From NCBI GenBank assembly GCA_964016885.1, contig OZ024742.1, positions 250,728,001-250,792,000 on the forward strand: a stretch of 64,000 nucleotides of DNA, in the 5' to 3' direction. The notes beneath the pieces are model-generated. The model did no database searches. It saw only the letters and a program-made list of their open reading frames with translations, and had not been told where the DNA came from. Source of the stretch: Eledone cirrhosa (lineage: Eukaryota). Of this stretch, positions 13,496 to 26,517 are shown in pieces. Every line of letters starts with the position of its first letter. The first letter of the stretch is position 1. The position numbers and the translations under genes were made by a program.

Positions 13496-14119
13496 ATGCG
13501 TTTTTTCTTTCTCTCTTTATATATATATATATACACACACACACATATACTATGTATATATGTGTGTGTGTGTATGAGAGAGAGGAGAGGCAGGATGAGA
13601 AAAAGAGAAAGCATGAGTGAGAAGAGAGACAGAGGGACAGCAACAAAATACAAAACAAAAGTAAGTTTTCAATCTTACATAATAATGAAAGAAAACGTAT
13701 TATTAAGACAGAGAAAAACATGTGTGCACATGTGCATGTGTGTATGAGTGTGTGTGTGTGCATGTATGTAATATTTATGCATTAAAAAGTCCAAATTATA
13801 AAAATTTGGTGGAAATATGTTCAAGAGAATGTATAAATAACACCAATGACGATGTAGTAAATGTAGAAAAACAATGTTTAACTGTAAAATAATCACTCCA
13901 GATATTTTAGCACCTTATTTATGTAGAATTTGAAGTTGATGAAAGTTGGCAAAATATTAACCCCAAATATAATTCAACCCCGATTTTAGCATCGATATTT
14001 TGTCACATATTTCTCAGCTTATATATGAGTATATATGGTAATAAGGTTGTTATGTAACATTTTTAATGCTATACAGGCTACCAACAAGGGATGCGTGACT
14101 TTGATGTTAGTCCTATGAG

Positions 14120-14330
<211 letters not shown>

Positions 14331-14566
14331 TATAAACATCAAAAGTTAATCTAAATTAGAAATATACAAAAGTAATCATTTCCCAAATGAAAGAGAAAAT
14401 AGAATTAATTTTGTTGTTTTCCCATGAGGATATATCCTGGGTTGTTGGCCAAAAGAAACAGGGAACTTATATTAAGATGGAGCCTATTTTAAACTGAAAT
14501 CTTTGATGAAGTCTTGAACAATTTGAACATATCTTTTAAGAGGCTGTTAACAGTTAAACACACACG

Positions 14567-14643
<77 letters not shown>

Positions 14644-16153
14644 CAAGGGTAAACATGTCTATTTATATATACATATAAATTCATATCTATATACAAACAG
14701 AACAGGCTTTAACCAAAGCTATGAAAAATGTGTATATATATACATGAGTTTATCTATTTAAACATGTAAACATGCATTATTTATGTATTTCTCCATAGCA
14801 AGAACAAGATGACAGCTTTACTAAAGTTTTGGTCTTTGTTGAAATCTTCATCAGTAGCTATCTACATTTTTCAGTATCCATGGAAGACATTATATATGTG
14901 GCAGAAACAGAGAATTGGATCTGCTAATTCCTAATTTGTTTATTTCAAGATAATTATGATGATGATCTTGAGAAGGGAGAGGGACAGTAGAAATAAGACA
15001 CATATGATGATGATGATGAGTGTGATGATGATGGTGATGTAAACAGTTTTTTTTTTGTATGTAAATTCCATTTACTTCACAACATCATCATACATATAAA
15101 TCTACATATGAGAGATTTCCTACCCTAAACTCAGCTGTTGATAACTAATTCAAGGTCTTTTCCAACATGGTTCAATTCTATTTGAGCAGAACATAAAGAA
15201 GGAAATGTAGTGTGGTATGGAGTTAATGAATACCAATTGTTGTACAAGGATGATATGTTGCTCCCCACACATACACACATCGAGAAAGATTGCAGAGAAA
15301 AAGATTCCCAAAGGTTACACATGGGAGGAGACAACTAAGAAAAACAATATGCCAGACCTTTAGTATTTCCCCCACAACAACTCCACATATGTCAGTTTGT
15401 TTAAGAGATTTCTCTCTTCCCACATCATTTCAGAGAATTGAGAGATATTTAGGGATTTTTTAAATGTTTTGTTTTATTCTTTTTTTTTTTACTAAGATAG
15501 AAGATAACAAAAGAAGATTTAACATGAGAGAAGATTTAATCAAGAGAGAAGAATGATATTTACTAGTATGGAGGAGGGGGGGGGGGGCTGCTAACCTGAA
15601 AAAACAAAGGAGAAAGTATAAGAGTTGTGTGTGTGACAGCGTGACCTACAAGAAAATCAGTAACCACTATAGACAACAGGAATAAGTGAAAACATTTGGA
15701 GAAATGTGCCAATATTTTACAGAGAAATAAGCTGGAACTGGTTAGTGCTACTATTATTATGTCAACAATACGATGTAGGGAAGAAAATATATATCAATAA
15801 GGTGGATATATAAAACAATAAGGTGGATATATATATATATAAAACAATAAGAATTAGCAGAAGAAAAGATAAAGTGTGATAGCTTTTCCTGAAACTTTCT
15901 CTGCTGGTGAAACCTAGATTTATTAAACAAAATATATCCATAGAGTGTGAGAGGTAAACAATGTTTTGAATAGCAACATGTGGACATAAATATGATTATG
16001 TTAGAGACATGGAGAGTTCAACTAGGGAGGGGGGGGGGGGGGGTAAGGAAAAGGAAAGGGTAAGAAAGAGAGGGTAAGGAGAAAAAGAGGGATAAAGTTT
16101 ATGAAGACAGACAGAACGCCCCCATCTAACAATACTTCATGGTTAATAGAATT

Positions 16154-16667
16154 ATGGAGCAAAAATAACTTGAGCAGTTACATCATGGATGAGCTGTCTC
16201 TCAGACATTTAGATAAACACAAAATTTGTCGAAATGTTTAGAAATGTAGAAAATATGGAATGCAGGATAATAGCTGTGAACACAGCTTAGAAAATTGGGT
16301 AAAATGCCCCTATAACGTGCAGCTGCTAAGAAAATTGAATCCTGTACCTCTCAAATTCGAACTGAGCACTGTCCCATTGCGCTAAATGACCCCTGACACC
16401 AGTTACCACCTTAAATAAAGCTAAATATCAGCTCTTCAATGTGACAGTCTTTTGTAAGTAAACATGTTGAGAGATATCAAGTTCAATTCTCTGTAGCAGC
16501 TGTTGGCCAATTTTCCATCAATAGGGTATTTTACCTAATTTTCTAAGCTGTATTCACAGCTATTTTCCTGTGTTTGAGATTTTCTATATTTCTAAAGATT
16601 TCAAAATGTCACAAAAATTGATATTTAATAAAAAAAAATTTTACCGGTCTTAATCATTATGCTCCAG
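16154..16667. mobile_element. Old non-autonomous DNA transposon / MITE with long degenerate TIRs
   Basis: TGGAGCA... / ...TGCTCCA ends; internal ~85-bp arms (AATAGCTGTGAACACAGCTTAGAAAATTGGGTAAAATGCCCCTAT vs ATAGGGTATTTTACCTAATTTTCTAAGCTGTATTCACAGCTATT). Confidence 0.7.
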
Positions 16668-16972
16668 TCATACCTTAAAGTTGATAATATCAACCCCAGT
16701 ACTTATTTTTTGTTAATAACTTATGTTATTAATGGTTTTTATTTTAACTGCGATGTTACAGGATATACACACTTACTCACACACATGTATATATAAAAAA
16801 ATAGTCGTATATACATACTGGTATCTCCAGTATGTATATACGAGTTATAACATGTATGTAGTCTAGAAGCAATAATTTCAAAGAGATCATGCGATGAGAC
16901 TTTTTGTTTTTGTAGTAGGCTTTCATCATTTTGGATTCCATTGAGCATTTTAACAAGCTACAGAGTCATATT

Positions 16973-17202
16973 TATATATGTTGAACAATGAAAAAAGGCG
17001 AAGTTGAGGGTTGGTCAGTAAATTGTTTTACGATCGTTTCAGAAGGTTGATTGATCATAATAAATCAATATAGTGACTAATCGAGAGTAGTTATGTCACT
17101 ATATTGATTTATCATGATCAATCAACCATCTGAAATGATCGTAAACAATGAATTGATTAAGCACTCAACTTCACCTTTAGTTTTTATTGTTCAACATATA
17201 TA
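16973..17202. repeat. Long imperfect inverted repeat (~105-bp arms, 17-nt loop) flanked by (TA)n
   Basis: TATGTTGAACAATGAAA...AATATAGTGAC pairs with GTCACTATATT...TTATTGTTCAACATA. Confidence 0.92.
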
Positions 17203-17349
17203 TATATATAACAAAGAAAGTGTGGTAAGAAACCAGATGGACCATAACGCACCAGAATACTCAATACTTAGGGTAGTAGAGTTGGTAATAGAGTCGGATC
17301 TAGCTGTCGAAACGGCCCGAGCTTAGCCGTCGGGGTCCTGATTCTTTTC

Positions 17350-17390
<41 letters not shown>

Positions 17391-20087
17391 TTATAATCTG
17401 TATATATACAAAGAGTCTTCTGTAGTTTCTGTCTACCAAATTCCACTCACAAGGTATTGGGCAATCTGAGGTTATAGTAGAAAACACTTGTTCAACAAGC
17501 TACACAGTGAGACTGAACACAAAGCCACATGGTTGCAAAGTAAACACAGCCATTCACTTTTCATATATTTTATGGTGTCAACATTTTCATTCATTGTACT
17601 TCTGGAAGGGAAATATGCCAGTGATAAGTTCACAGGAGCACAATAAAAACTTTGACAATCTGGAACGAATAAGAACTGTAAAGTAGTTGACATTAGGAAG
17701 GGCATTCAGCTATAGAAAGTATACCAAATATACAATATATAAGCAAGATTAAGCCACTCTGACCTGACTGGTCTCATACTGTGACAACCTGACCAACCTA
17801 TGCCTGTATGGAAAGCAAACAAAAATGAAGATGAGGATGAATGTGACAGTTTTCATTTGTCTTTCCCAATAGCTACACCATGAATTAGGTGTATTTTATT
17901 GAGTTGCCACCAGTATGAGAAAGGTTACCTCTCAAGACTATAGTGTCTCTTCTATACTGTGTTAGTTTTAAGTTTTCAGAGTTACTCCTCTCCTAGACAG
18001 GTTGTCTTCACTGTAGCTTTGAGGAGTTCACGTCTAGCCCATGTAGACATTTAGTCAATAGTACAAAATTAGTACATTAGTCAATAGTACAAAATTATAC
18101 CACCAAGACTACTATCACCATCACCAAACACTAACATCATCATCATTGTACCAAGACAAACACAACACACCAATGTACCCAGTGATAACAAACATGTTTC
18201 AGTTAAGGTCACATATTTTTTAATTTGACTGAGAACAAAATTATTTTAGTTTTTGGAGCAAAACCTGAATTAGTTGTGGGTGTATGCATATACACACAAA
18301 TATATATATATATTATATATATATAAAACACAATGCACACATATATATATATGTATATGTGTGTGTGTGTGCGCGCATGTGTGTGTGTGTGTGTGTGCGT
18401 GCGCGCATGTGTGTGCGTGTGTGTGTGTGTAAACAAATATATATATATGTATATATATATATACGTTATATAAAATGTTTATGTTAGCCACAGGGTCTTA
18501 GCATCCTACTTTAGTTTCCTTCTGAACATATTTTTATAGAAATACTTATTAACTCCCTGATAAAACAGAAGGTTTGTGGTGGTGTGTGACTATGAAATGG
18601 AGTTTTTGTGGTGGTAGTATTGATGCTGTCGTTGGTAGTAATGACGTTGTTGTTGTTGTTGTTGATGGTGGTGGTGGTGGTGGTAGTGTGGGGGGGGGAG
18701 AGAATGTTGTCTGAGTCGTAATAACCCATGGCCGGGCTTCTAGGTTTTCAGGTATTTCGCACACACACACATGCTCATCTTAAACAATTACAGCTATAAG
18801 GTATAGGTATCAGTACCTCAGCCAAAAAATAGAAAATTCTCACCCGACCCCTAGTCCCTGCAAGGTCCTTAGGTTTCTACCTAGCCAACCTTATAAACAC
18901 TACATCGTTGGTTTTTATTGGTGTTTGAGTTTGTGATGGTTGGAGCTATGGTGTTATTTTATATCAAACAACTTTGTTTCTTAATGTCACATCAACTTTA
19001 GACTGGAGGCTCACCAATGGATTCTCCACTACTCATATTTGAAAAAAAAAAAAATTCTATTATTCAATTGTGTCTTATGAAATATGGGTGAGAGGTGCGA
19101 GATTGATGGGGCTGAATGGATCTATACTGACTCGGCTTTTTAAGCAAGTGGAAGAAACTGAGAGAAGGCCTTTTCAATGCCTATGAGGCAAAAGGGTAAC
19201 CAAGGGTTTGGTGTAGGGTTCTCGCTGGAATTACCTTAAAATACATTTCTTCCCAGTATTAGAGAAGTGGTCCTTGTTGAGCGTCAAGCAAGATGCTTTA
19301 CGATTTGAGTTCAAATCCCGCCGAGGTTAACTTTGCCTTTCATCCTTACAGGGTCGATAAAATAAAGTACCAGTAATGCACTGTGTAATTGCAGGCCTTG
19401 TGCCAAAAATAGAAACAGCTATTGTAATTGTTTTCTATTGTTGTGTACATTTATTACAAATGCCATTATTGTTGTCTTCATTGTTTTCTCTTTACTGATG
19501 TCCATTTTGCTACACTCAATATAAACACCACCATGTTATTTTCTTTTGTCTTTGTATTATCTCCAATGTCTTGGGGTCCTTGTAGCCAATAAAAGAAATA
19601 ATTATTCAATACTGGAGTGTGCATGTGTGTGGGGGGGGGGGGGGGGTATGCGTATGTATGTGTGTGTAAGTGCACGCACGCTTATGTGATCTTTCTATAC
19701 TGGGAAGTGAGTTGTGAAAGATGGGAGTGAAAAAAGTGTAAGAGGTGGCAAGGTTAAAATAATCAAGAGAGGAGATAGTGGGGACACACCCTGCTTTCTA
19801 TGCTGGAATAGGTTATTTTATTATTATCATCATTATTACAACAAAAAAAACCACACTGTATCATCCTGTACTGTCTTTAATGTCTCCTTAATGTGAACCC
19901 TGTGTGGCAAATAAAGAAAGCATTATTATTAATGTTTTAATTTTATTATCTTTTTTTTTAACATTGTTAAAATTAGTTTACACACAAAACCCACACACCA
20001 ACGCACACCTTGTTTTGTACTGTACTGTCATAATGTTTTTTTTTATGTAAACCCTTTGTAGTTAATAAAGAAACCGTTACTATTATT

Positions 20088-20290
20088 ATGGCAGTGCATT
20101 GGCAGTATCAGTAGAAGGTCGGATGCCGGGTCAGATGCCATGCTTTGTAGCATAGAGTTACGGCCCTTTACGATCTGAGTTCAAATCCCGTCGAGGTTAA
20201 CTTTGCCTTTCATCCTTACATAAAATAAAGTACCAGTAATGCACTGGGATAATTGCTGGCCTTGTGCCATAAATAGAAACAATTATTATT
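20088..20290 (+). mobile_element. SINE family A
   Basis: Same head, body and tail as 10475-10668; another copy at ~19260-19425. Confidence 0.8.
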
Positions 20291-20662
20291 ATAGTGTCGG
20301 AGTTATAGAAGGGGTTACAAGATGTTAATTTGAAGGAAACATCCACTATAGTATATGTGTTGTTCCTGGGAGGGCTGTATTTTGAAATTCCTTTTGAGTG
20401 ATGTTTCCTGGAACTTCCTTGGTGAATTTTTCCTGTCTCCTTTGTCCTCTGATCACAACTGGTATGGTTGGAGAGTTCATGTCCCATTTTCTGGAGATCT
20501 TAGTCACAAGGTCTTTATATTTAGACAGTTTTTCCATGAACTTAACTGAGGTGTTGTAATCAATCAGCATACAGGTTTTATCTTTAGGGTTTGAAATTAT
20601 GATGTCTGGCATATTTGCTTTGATTTCTCTATCTGTCTGCATTGGTATGTCCCATAGGATGG
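20291..20662 (-). mobile_element. 5'-truncated, degraded R4/Dong-like non-LTR retrotransposon (restriction-like endonuclease C-terminus)
   Basis: Translation QTDREIKANMPDIII..KDKTCMLID...EKLSKYKDL..ISRKW...IPVVI has the REL PD..D motif; both ends lie in (TAA)n-like tracts. Confidence 0.7.
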
Positions 20663-20760
20663 TATTATCATTATTAGTAGTAGTATTATTATAAAATGCG
20701 GTGGAGGGGCCAGAGAGAAACCATTATCTGAGGCTTGAAAAGAGGAGGAAATGTTATTCC

Positions 20761-20852
20761 AGCTTACCATTGTCTTCATTTCTCTGAGATAACAAAACAT
20801 GTTAAACACTTACCTAGAAAAGAGAGAGAGAAAAAGAAAATAGAAAATTAGT
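20761..20852 (-). promoter_or_regulatory. Candidate recursive splice site (branch point, polypyrimidine tract, AG|GTAAGT) with a 46-nt cryptic exon at 20813-20768
   Basis: Minus strand reads CACTAAT TTTCTATTTTCTTTTTCTCTCTCTCTTTTCTAG|GTAAGT...ACAATG|GTAAGC. Confidence 0.55.
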
Positions 20853-21924
20853 GATTATATACACTGAACTGACAATAACAACTATAACAACAACTATTAT
20901 TACTATCATCATCGTTTTAACGTCCACTTTCCCTGCTAGCAAGAGTTGGACGGGTCTACATAGACTAAGCCAGTACTAAAACAAAGCTACTAATCTCCCA
21001 GACAGGCCAAGGATCTGCATCTTGCTTATATACAGTCTCATGTTCTACCAAGTGTACAGGAGAGGTTGTCCTGTCTTGTTTGGCAAGCTTTTTATCACTA
21101 GAAGCCCTTCATATCATCAACCACTTTACACTATGTACTGGGTGCGTTTATCATGTAGATCACCAACACTAGAGAGACTGTCATGTCCTTGACATGACTG
21201 AAGGGTCCTCCCGACCCTTATATACATACTACTATATACATGACTGCATAGTGCATTGAGATAGCTACAACATTTACAACTACTGCACTGGTGACCATAC
21301 AATGTAATGAGATGAGTACAACAACAACAGCTACAACAACTACAGCAGCAAGAACAATTATAACCACCATCAAAACATCAACAACAAACAACAGCTACTT
21401 CAATTTCAACAGTTTGGAAATGCTACAGGCAAGAGATGGTGGTAGTGGTGGTGATGGTAGTGATAGTGGGAGTGGTAGTAGTGATGGTGGTGATGTTATT
21501 GGTGCAATGATAAAACAACAACATGCACACAGAATCAAATTACACCAGTTGCAGGGAATCTTGATGTTCTTCTGTGAGCAGTTCTCACTTAATGAACCAC
21601 TCCACCACATTTCTTACATTTCTGGATGTATATCACACAACCCCATTACACACACACACACAGTATGTGTGTACATGTATGTATCATATATGAGGACTTT
21701 TCAATTGTGTCAAAGACATTACAACATGTTGGTGCTATGATAAAATGCACCCTGTGCAGACAGTAATGTGTAGGAACATGTGAGATGCAAACCCCTACCC
21801 ATATGAGAAGTCAGTAGTTTCCATTAAGTATTCACTTCATCTACAACTCATCCAACCCCTGATTGGGAAAAATGGACATTAAATGAAGCCAATGGTGATA
21901 TATGTGCGAGTGTGTGTCATCATC

Positions 21925-23270
21925 ATCATCATTTTTACGTCTGCTTTTCCGTGCTTGCATGGGCTGGACAGGTCCTACTCAGCACGGCATCTCTCCACTT
22001 GTCACGTTTCTTTGTCATCTCCATCTAACAGTCTTAACAATTTGAGGTCCACTCTCACAACTTCTGCCCAGGCCTTTCTTAGTCATCCTCTATTGTGGCT
22101 TCCCTCCACTGGGATTTCCCGGCATTTCTTCACCCATCAGTCATTCTCCATGTGCATCCCATGTCCATATCAATGCAGTCAGTCTTCTCTCTTGCACACC
22201 ATCTCGGATTCCCCTTAAACCCAGCTTCTCTCTCAGCTGGTCTAAGCTCTGCTTTTCTCTCACATTTACATTGCAAATCCAACAAAACCTGGTTACTTCA
22301 TTTCTCTCTAGACCATGCATGTCCTCTGTGGTCACAGCCCATATTTCACTACCATGTAGTATTGTGCACCACACACAGACGTCAAACAACCTTCCTTTTG
22401 TACATAGGGAGAAACCTGTTGCTATCAAAAGTGGGAGCAGTTCTTTAAACTTCTTCCATCCTATCCTTATTTTAGCTATTATACTCTTGATGCACCCTCC
22501 TCTGCTGCTAATTAGATAGCAGAAGTTATCATGCCCACTTCCCTGATGGAATCTGGGTCCTGTCTTCTCTGCTACTCACTAACATTTTTGGCTAAGTTTA
22601 CTCTCGGTCTTTTGATTCCAAATTCAGTTTCCATAATCGGAATTTATTTTCTACCTCTTTTTTGGTTTCAGCTATGAGGATCAAATCATCTGCATAGAGA
22701 AGCTCCTATGGGCAGCCCCTTTTAAGCTCCTGTTATGGCCTGAAGAACTATGATGAACAGCAGTGGGCTAAGAACTCCTACCTGTACCATGAATTCCTCG
22801 CTAAACTCATTTCCTATTGTCACTTTACTGACAGCTCCTCTGTACATAGCTTACACTGCTCTCATAAGCCATTCGTCTACACCTAATTTCCTGAAAGACC
22901 ACCAGATCAGGGTACTCTGACAGAGATCTTCTCTAGATCAACAAAAGCTAAATATAGTGGTTAATTTTTGGCTAGAAACTTCTCTTGTAGTTGCCTCACG
23001 AAGAAGAGTACTTTTCCCAGGCATGAAACCAAACTGCATCTCCTCTATTTTTACTCTTTTCCCTAATTAGCTGTGCTATAACTCTTTCAGTCACTTTCAT
23101 AGCTGTGTCCATTAGTTTTATTCCTCTATAGTTGCTCCTTTCTAGAGCATCACCATTGCCCTTGCATCAATTTATGATTGTATAGCTGTGCCAGTCACTG
23201 GGTATGACTCCATCATGTATTACTTGATTTACTATACGGGTTATTATTTTGACTCCTATCATCTATTGCT
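21925..23270 (-). mobile_element. Degraded RTE LINE 3' part, related to the intact element at 57 kb
   Basis: Translation IATGFSL.TKGRLFDVCV..TILHGSE.WAVT.EDM..LERNE...LREKLGLRGIR; RT remnants (LLYADD-like); (GAT)n tail at ~21918-21932. Confidence 0.85.
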
Positions 23271-23274
23271 AGCT

Positions 23275-23740
23275 GTCAGCTTTTCAATATTCATAGCTAG
23301 AAGGCTATTTATTCGTAAATATACCGTATATCATTAGATATAGGAAATTCACACATTTTATATGTATGTATATATATATAAATATATATATATATATACA
23401 TATATATTATATATTTTATATATATACAGATATGTGAGAGCAAAAACTTTAATTCTATTTTAATTCTACTTTTAAGCTGAGCCAGCTTAACAGCTCCATA
23501 TGCAAATGAGGCTAATCAGCCCATCTACATAGGCAAAAATATATATATTTTCGCCTGTTTCCAATTCCAGCAGAGAACAGAGGAAGTACTGTCCTGATGA
23601 TAGCTAGAGCCAGAAAACCCTTGGCAGTCATCCCCCACTACGTCTGCTGAAATCCGCTAGACAGCGCTATCCATTAGTTTTTCAATATTCATAGCCAGAA
23701 GGTTTTCGAAATATTTATGCGTAAATATACCGTATATATA
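23275..23740 (+). mobile_element. Penelope-like LTR-type remnant with partial terminal direct repeat and a degenerate hammerhead (23588-23628)
   Basis: TTTTCAATATTCATAGC.AGAAGG...CGTAAATATACCGTATAT occurs at ~23281 and ~23679; CTGATGA..GAAA lies between them. Confidence 0.5.
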
Positions 23741-23774
23741 TTTGTGTGTGTGTGTGTATATATATATATATGTG

Positions 23775-24503
23775 TGAGACATGGGCATTGTGTGCAGAGG
23801 ATCTGCGCAGACTGGAGAGGAACGAAGCTTGCATGCTCCGTTGAATGGAGCATAAATGAACTAAGTGAGAAATTAGGAATAAGAGGGATCAGATGCTGTT
23901 TACTCGAGAGAAGACTACATTGGTATGGTCACGTGATGCGCATGAAAGACGATAGCTGTATAAAAAAGTGCAGAGCAATTAAAATAGACGGAAGCTACGG
24001 AGGAGGTAGACCCAGAAAAACCTGGGACGATTTGATAAATTCTGACCTTACACACTTACACTTCTCCAAGACAATGTCACTGGACCGAGATCTTTGGCGC
24101 TACGCAGTAATGCAGAAGACCCGCCTTGACTAAGTACAAAGCGAAACCTACAGTCAGTAGGCTTCTCCTAACCAAAAATACATCCCCACCCCACTACCCT
24201 TACCCCCACCCCCATCTAAAGTTATGTCGGTGCCACAACATCCAGTCCTAAATAAATGAGGTCGTGTAGGTGTCACAACAAAAAACACACAGTCCACGCT
24301 GTAATGTGGCTGTGTAGGTAACACGGTAAAAACCTCTCAGTCCACACTGTAAACATGGTTTGTGTTAGGAAGGGCATCCAGCCGTAGAAAACCCGCCAGA
24401 TAGTCCTATACGAGCAAGACAACCAATCTTGCATCACGTGGGACAACTCCCGTCTAAACCCATGCTAGCGTGGAAGATAGACGTTAAACAACGATGATGA
24501 TGA
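23775..24503 (+). mobile_element. 5'-truncated copy of the 57-kb RTE family
   Basis: INELSEKLGIRGIRCCLLERRLHWYGHVMRM...DRDLWRYAV plus the 3' UTR and (GAT)n; high identity to 60070-60849. Confidence 0.92.
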
Positions 24504-24733
24504 TTTATATATATATATATATATATATAAGTATGTATACGTACATACATATATGTATACAGATGTACAATAGTATGTATACATATATACATACATGCAC
24601 ACATATATATATGTACGTATGGATTCACCGAACATTTATTATAATGCTCGGTGTGTTTGTAAACAAGCATCCCGTATTAAGCCGTAGTGTCTAGCAACCA
24701 TCGTTGCTCGTTTGTTCAACACTGACAAAGGAA

Positions 24734-24774
24734 CGCTGTACTAGTTTCAAGCTTATTAACTATCGTCAGCAACG
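24734..24774 (-). ncRNA. Minimal type-I hammerhead ribozyme within a (TA)n-flanked repeat at ~24620-24935
   Basis: Minus strand: CGTTG CTGACGA TAGTT AATA AGCTT GAAA CTAG TA CAGCG; intact core, stems I and II, palindromic ACTAGT stem III. Confidence 0.75.
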
Positions 24775-24931
24775 TATACCTTCCTGCCAGATTGTTGAAC
24801 GTATATACTTACCTTATGCATATTAACGGCTGAGTAGCCCAATTTGCATATCGAGTGGGTTAATAGGCCGGGTGCACCTTAAGTAACAGCCGTACTAAGA
24901 GTGGGAAATGAAATTTTGTTTCATTTTTTCC

Positions 24932-24972
<41 letters not shown>

Positions 24973-25106
24973 AAAATTTTGCTCTACATGGCTGAATACA
25001 ATAAATGTAATCTGAGTTTTTCAAATATTAATAACATTCAATTTGTTTGCAATTATGCAAACAAATCGAATGTTATTAATATTCAAAAAACTCAGATTAC
25101 ATTTAT

Positions 25107-25143
<37 letters not shown>

Positions 25144-25379
25144 ATACATGTATGTGTGTCTGTAGTGAAAAGGAAGTATAAAGTCACACTGTTTTATTCC
25201 TCACATACGGGAAGTCCACTAAGACAACCAACAAAGTGTATATGGTACTGGTGTATATTCAAATCTCATGTAGGGGCTGATGTTTAGCCTCAGGTCAGCT
25301 CTTATCAAGTAGACGTTAGGATCAAAAGTGAGCCAGCCATAACCATTCAACCATTTTTTACATAGTATCTTTGAATACT

Positions 25380-25672
25380 CTATCTCCCACTTCAACAATC
25401 CCTCCAATCTGGAGTGGTACTCTTTAACATCAACTCTGAAGGAGTGAAAGACAAAAATGCCAGAACAAACACCACAAGGCACCCCATCTCCCACTTCGAC
25501 AATCCCCCCAATTTGGAGTGGTACCCTATATCAGCAAACCTAAATGGATAAAAGACAAAAATGCCAAAGCAAACACCACAAGGCACCCCATCTCCCAATC
25601 CAATAATCCTTTCAATCCCTCCAACTTGGAGTGGTACCCTGTATCATCAACTCTAAAGGGATGAAAGACAAA
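25380..25672. repeat. Tandem repeat, ~104-bp unit, about 3 copies, SINE-body derived
   Basis: CATCTCCCACTTC.ACAATCCC.CCAA.TTGGAGTGGTAC...AAGACAAAAATGCCA repeated; reverse complement resembles the family-A central domain. Confidence 0.8.
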
Positions 25673-26517
25673 GAATTAATGACTATTGACAGATTAGGGA
25701 GACGACTATAGCAATATTTTGGTTAAAAAATGCCTTTTGTTCTGCAACACTGGCACCATCTGTTGCAATATTGCATACATACACCCATACACACAGACAG
25801 GTACACACATACTCACAAACACAGACACATCTGCACACACATACAGACACACACACTCATAAACAGGTACATACACACACATATACACACTCACTCACAC
25901 AAACACACACACATAGACATGCAGATACACACACACGAACGTCTGCACTACATCTGTGTGGCTGTACCAACATAACTGTCTGGACATTCTAGAAATAACA
26001 ACAGCCTCATTATTATTATTATTATTATTATAAATAAATCATCAGCATTATTATCATTATTGTTTTTGTTATTATATTATTATTACTACTACTGCTGCTG
26101 CTACTATTACTAATCTCAGTTGTTATTGTTGTCGCTGCTGTTGTATTAACTGAGTCTTTTGAAAGAATCAGGAAAAAGCCAGTGCTGTTTATTCTGGTGA
26201 AGATGATGATGTGGCAAATGAGAAGGTAGGTGATAACCAATCAGTCACCATCACTAATGACGTAACAGCTGTCTGGAACAACTAACAGTGTACAGTATTG
26301 CTGGGAAACTAGTATTAATACCAGACTAGTGCAGGAGGAGAATGATAGAGAAAAGATGACAGTACATGTGCCCGCTCTGCATCCCACCAAGCATTGAGTA
26401 CTACTCTGATTTGTAGTCTTCTTAGTCTTTGTACCTTTGACACACAATATTAAAACATACATAGAATAAAATTATAAGTCTAAATTGGTTATTTGCTCTC
26501 AATTTATTATATATTGA

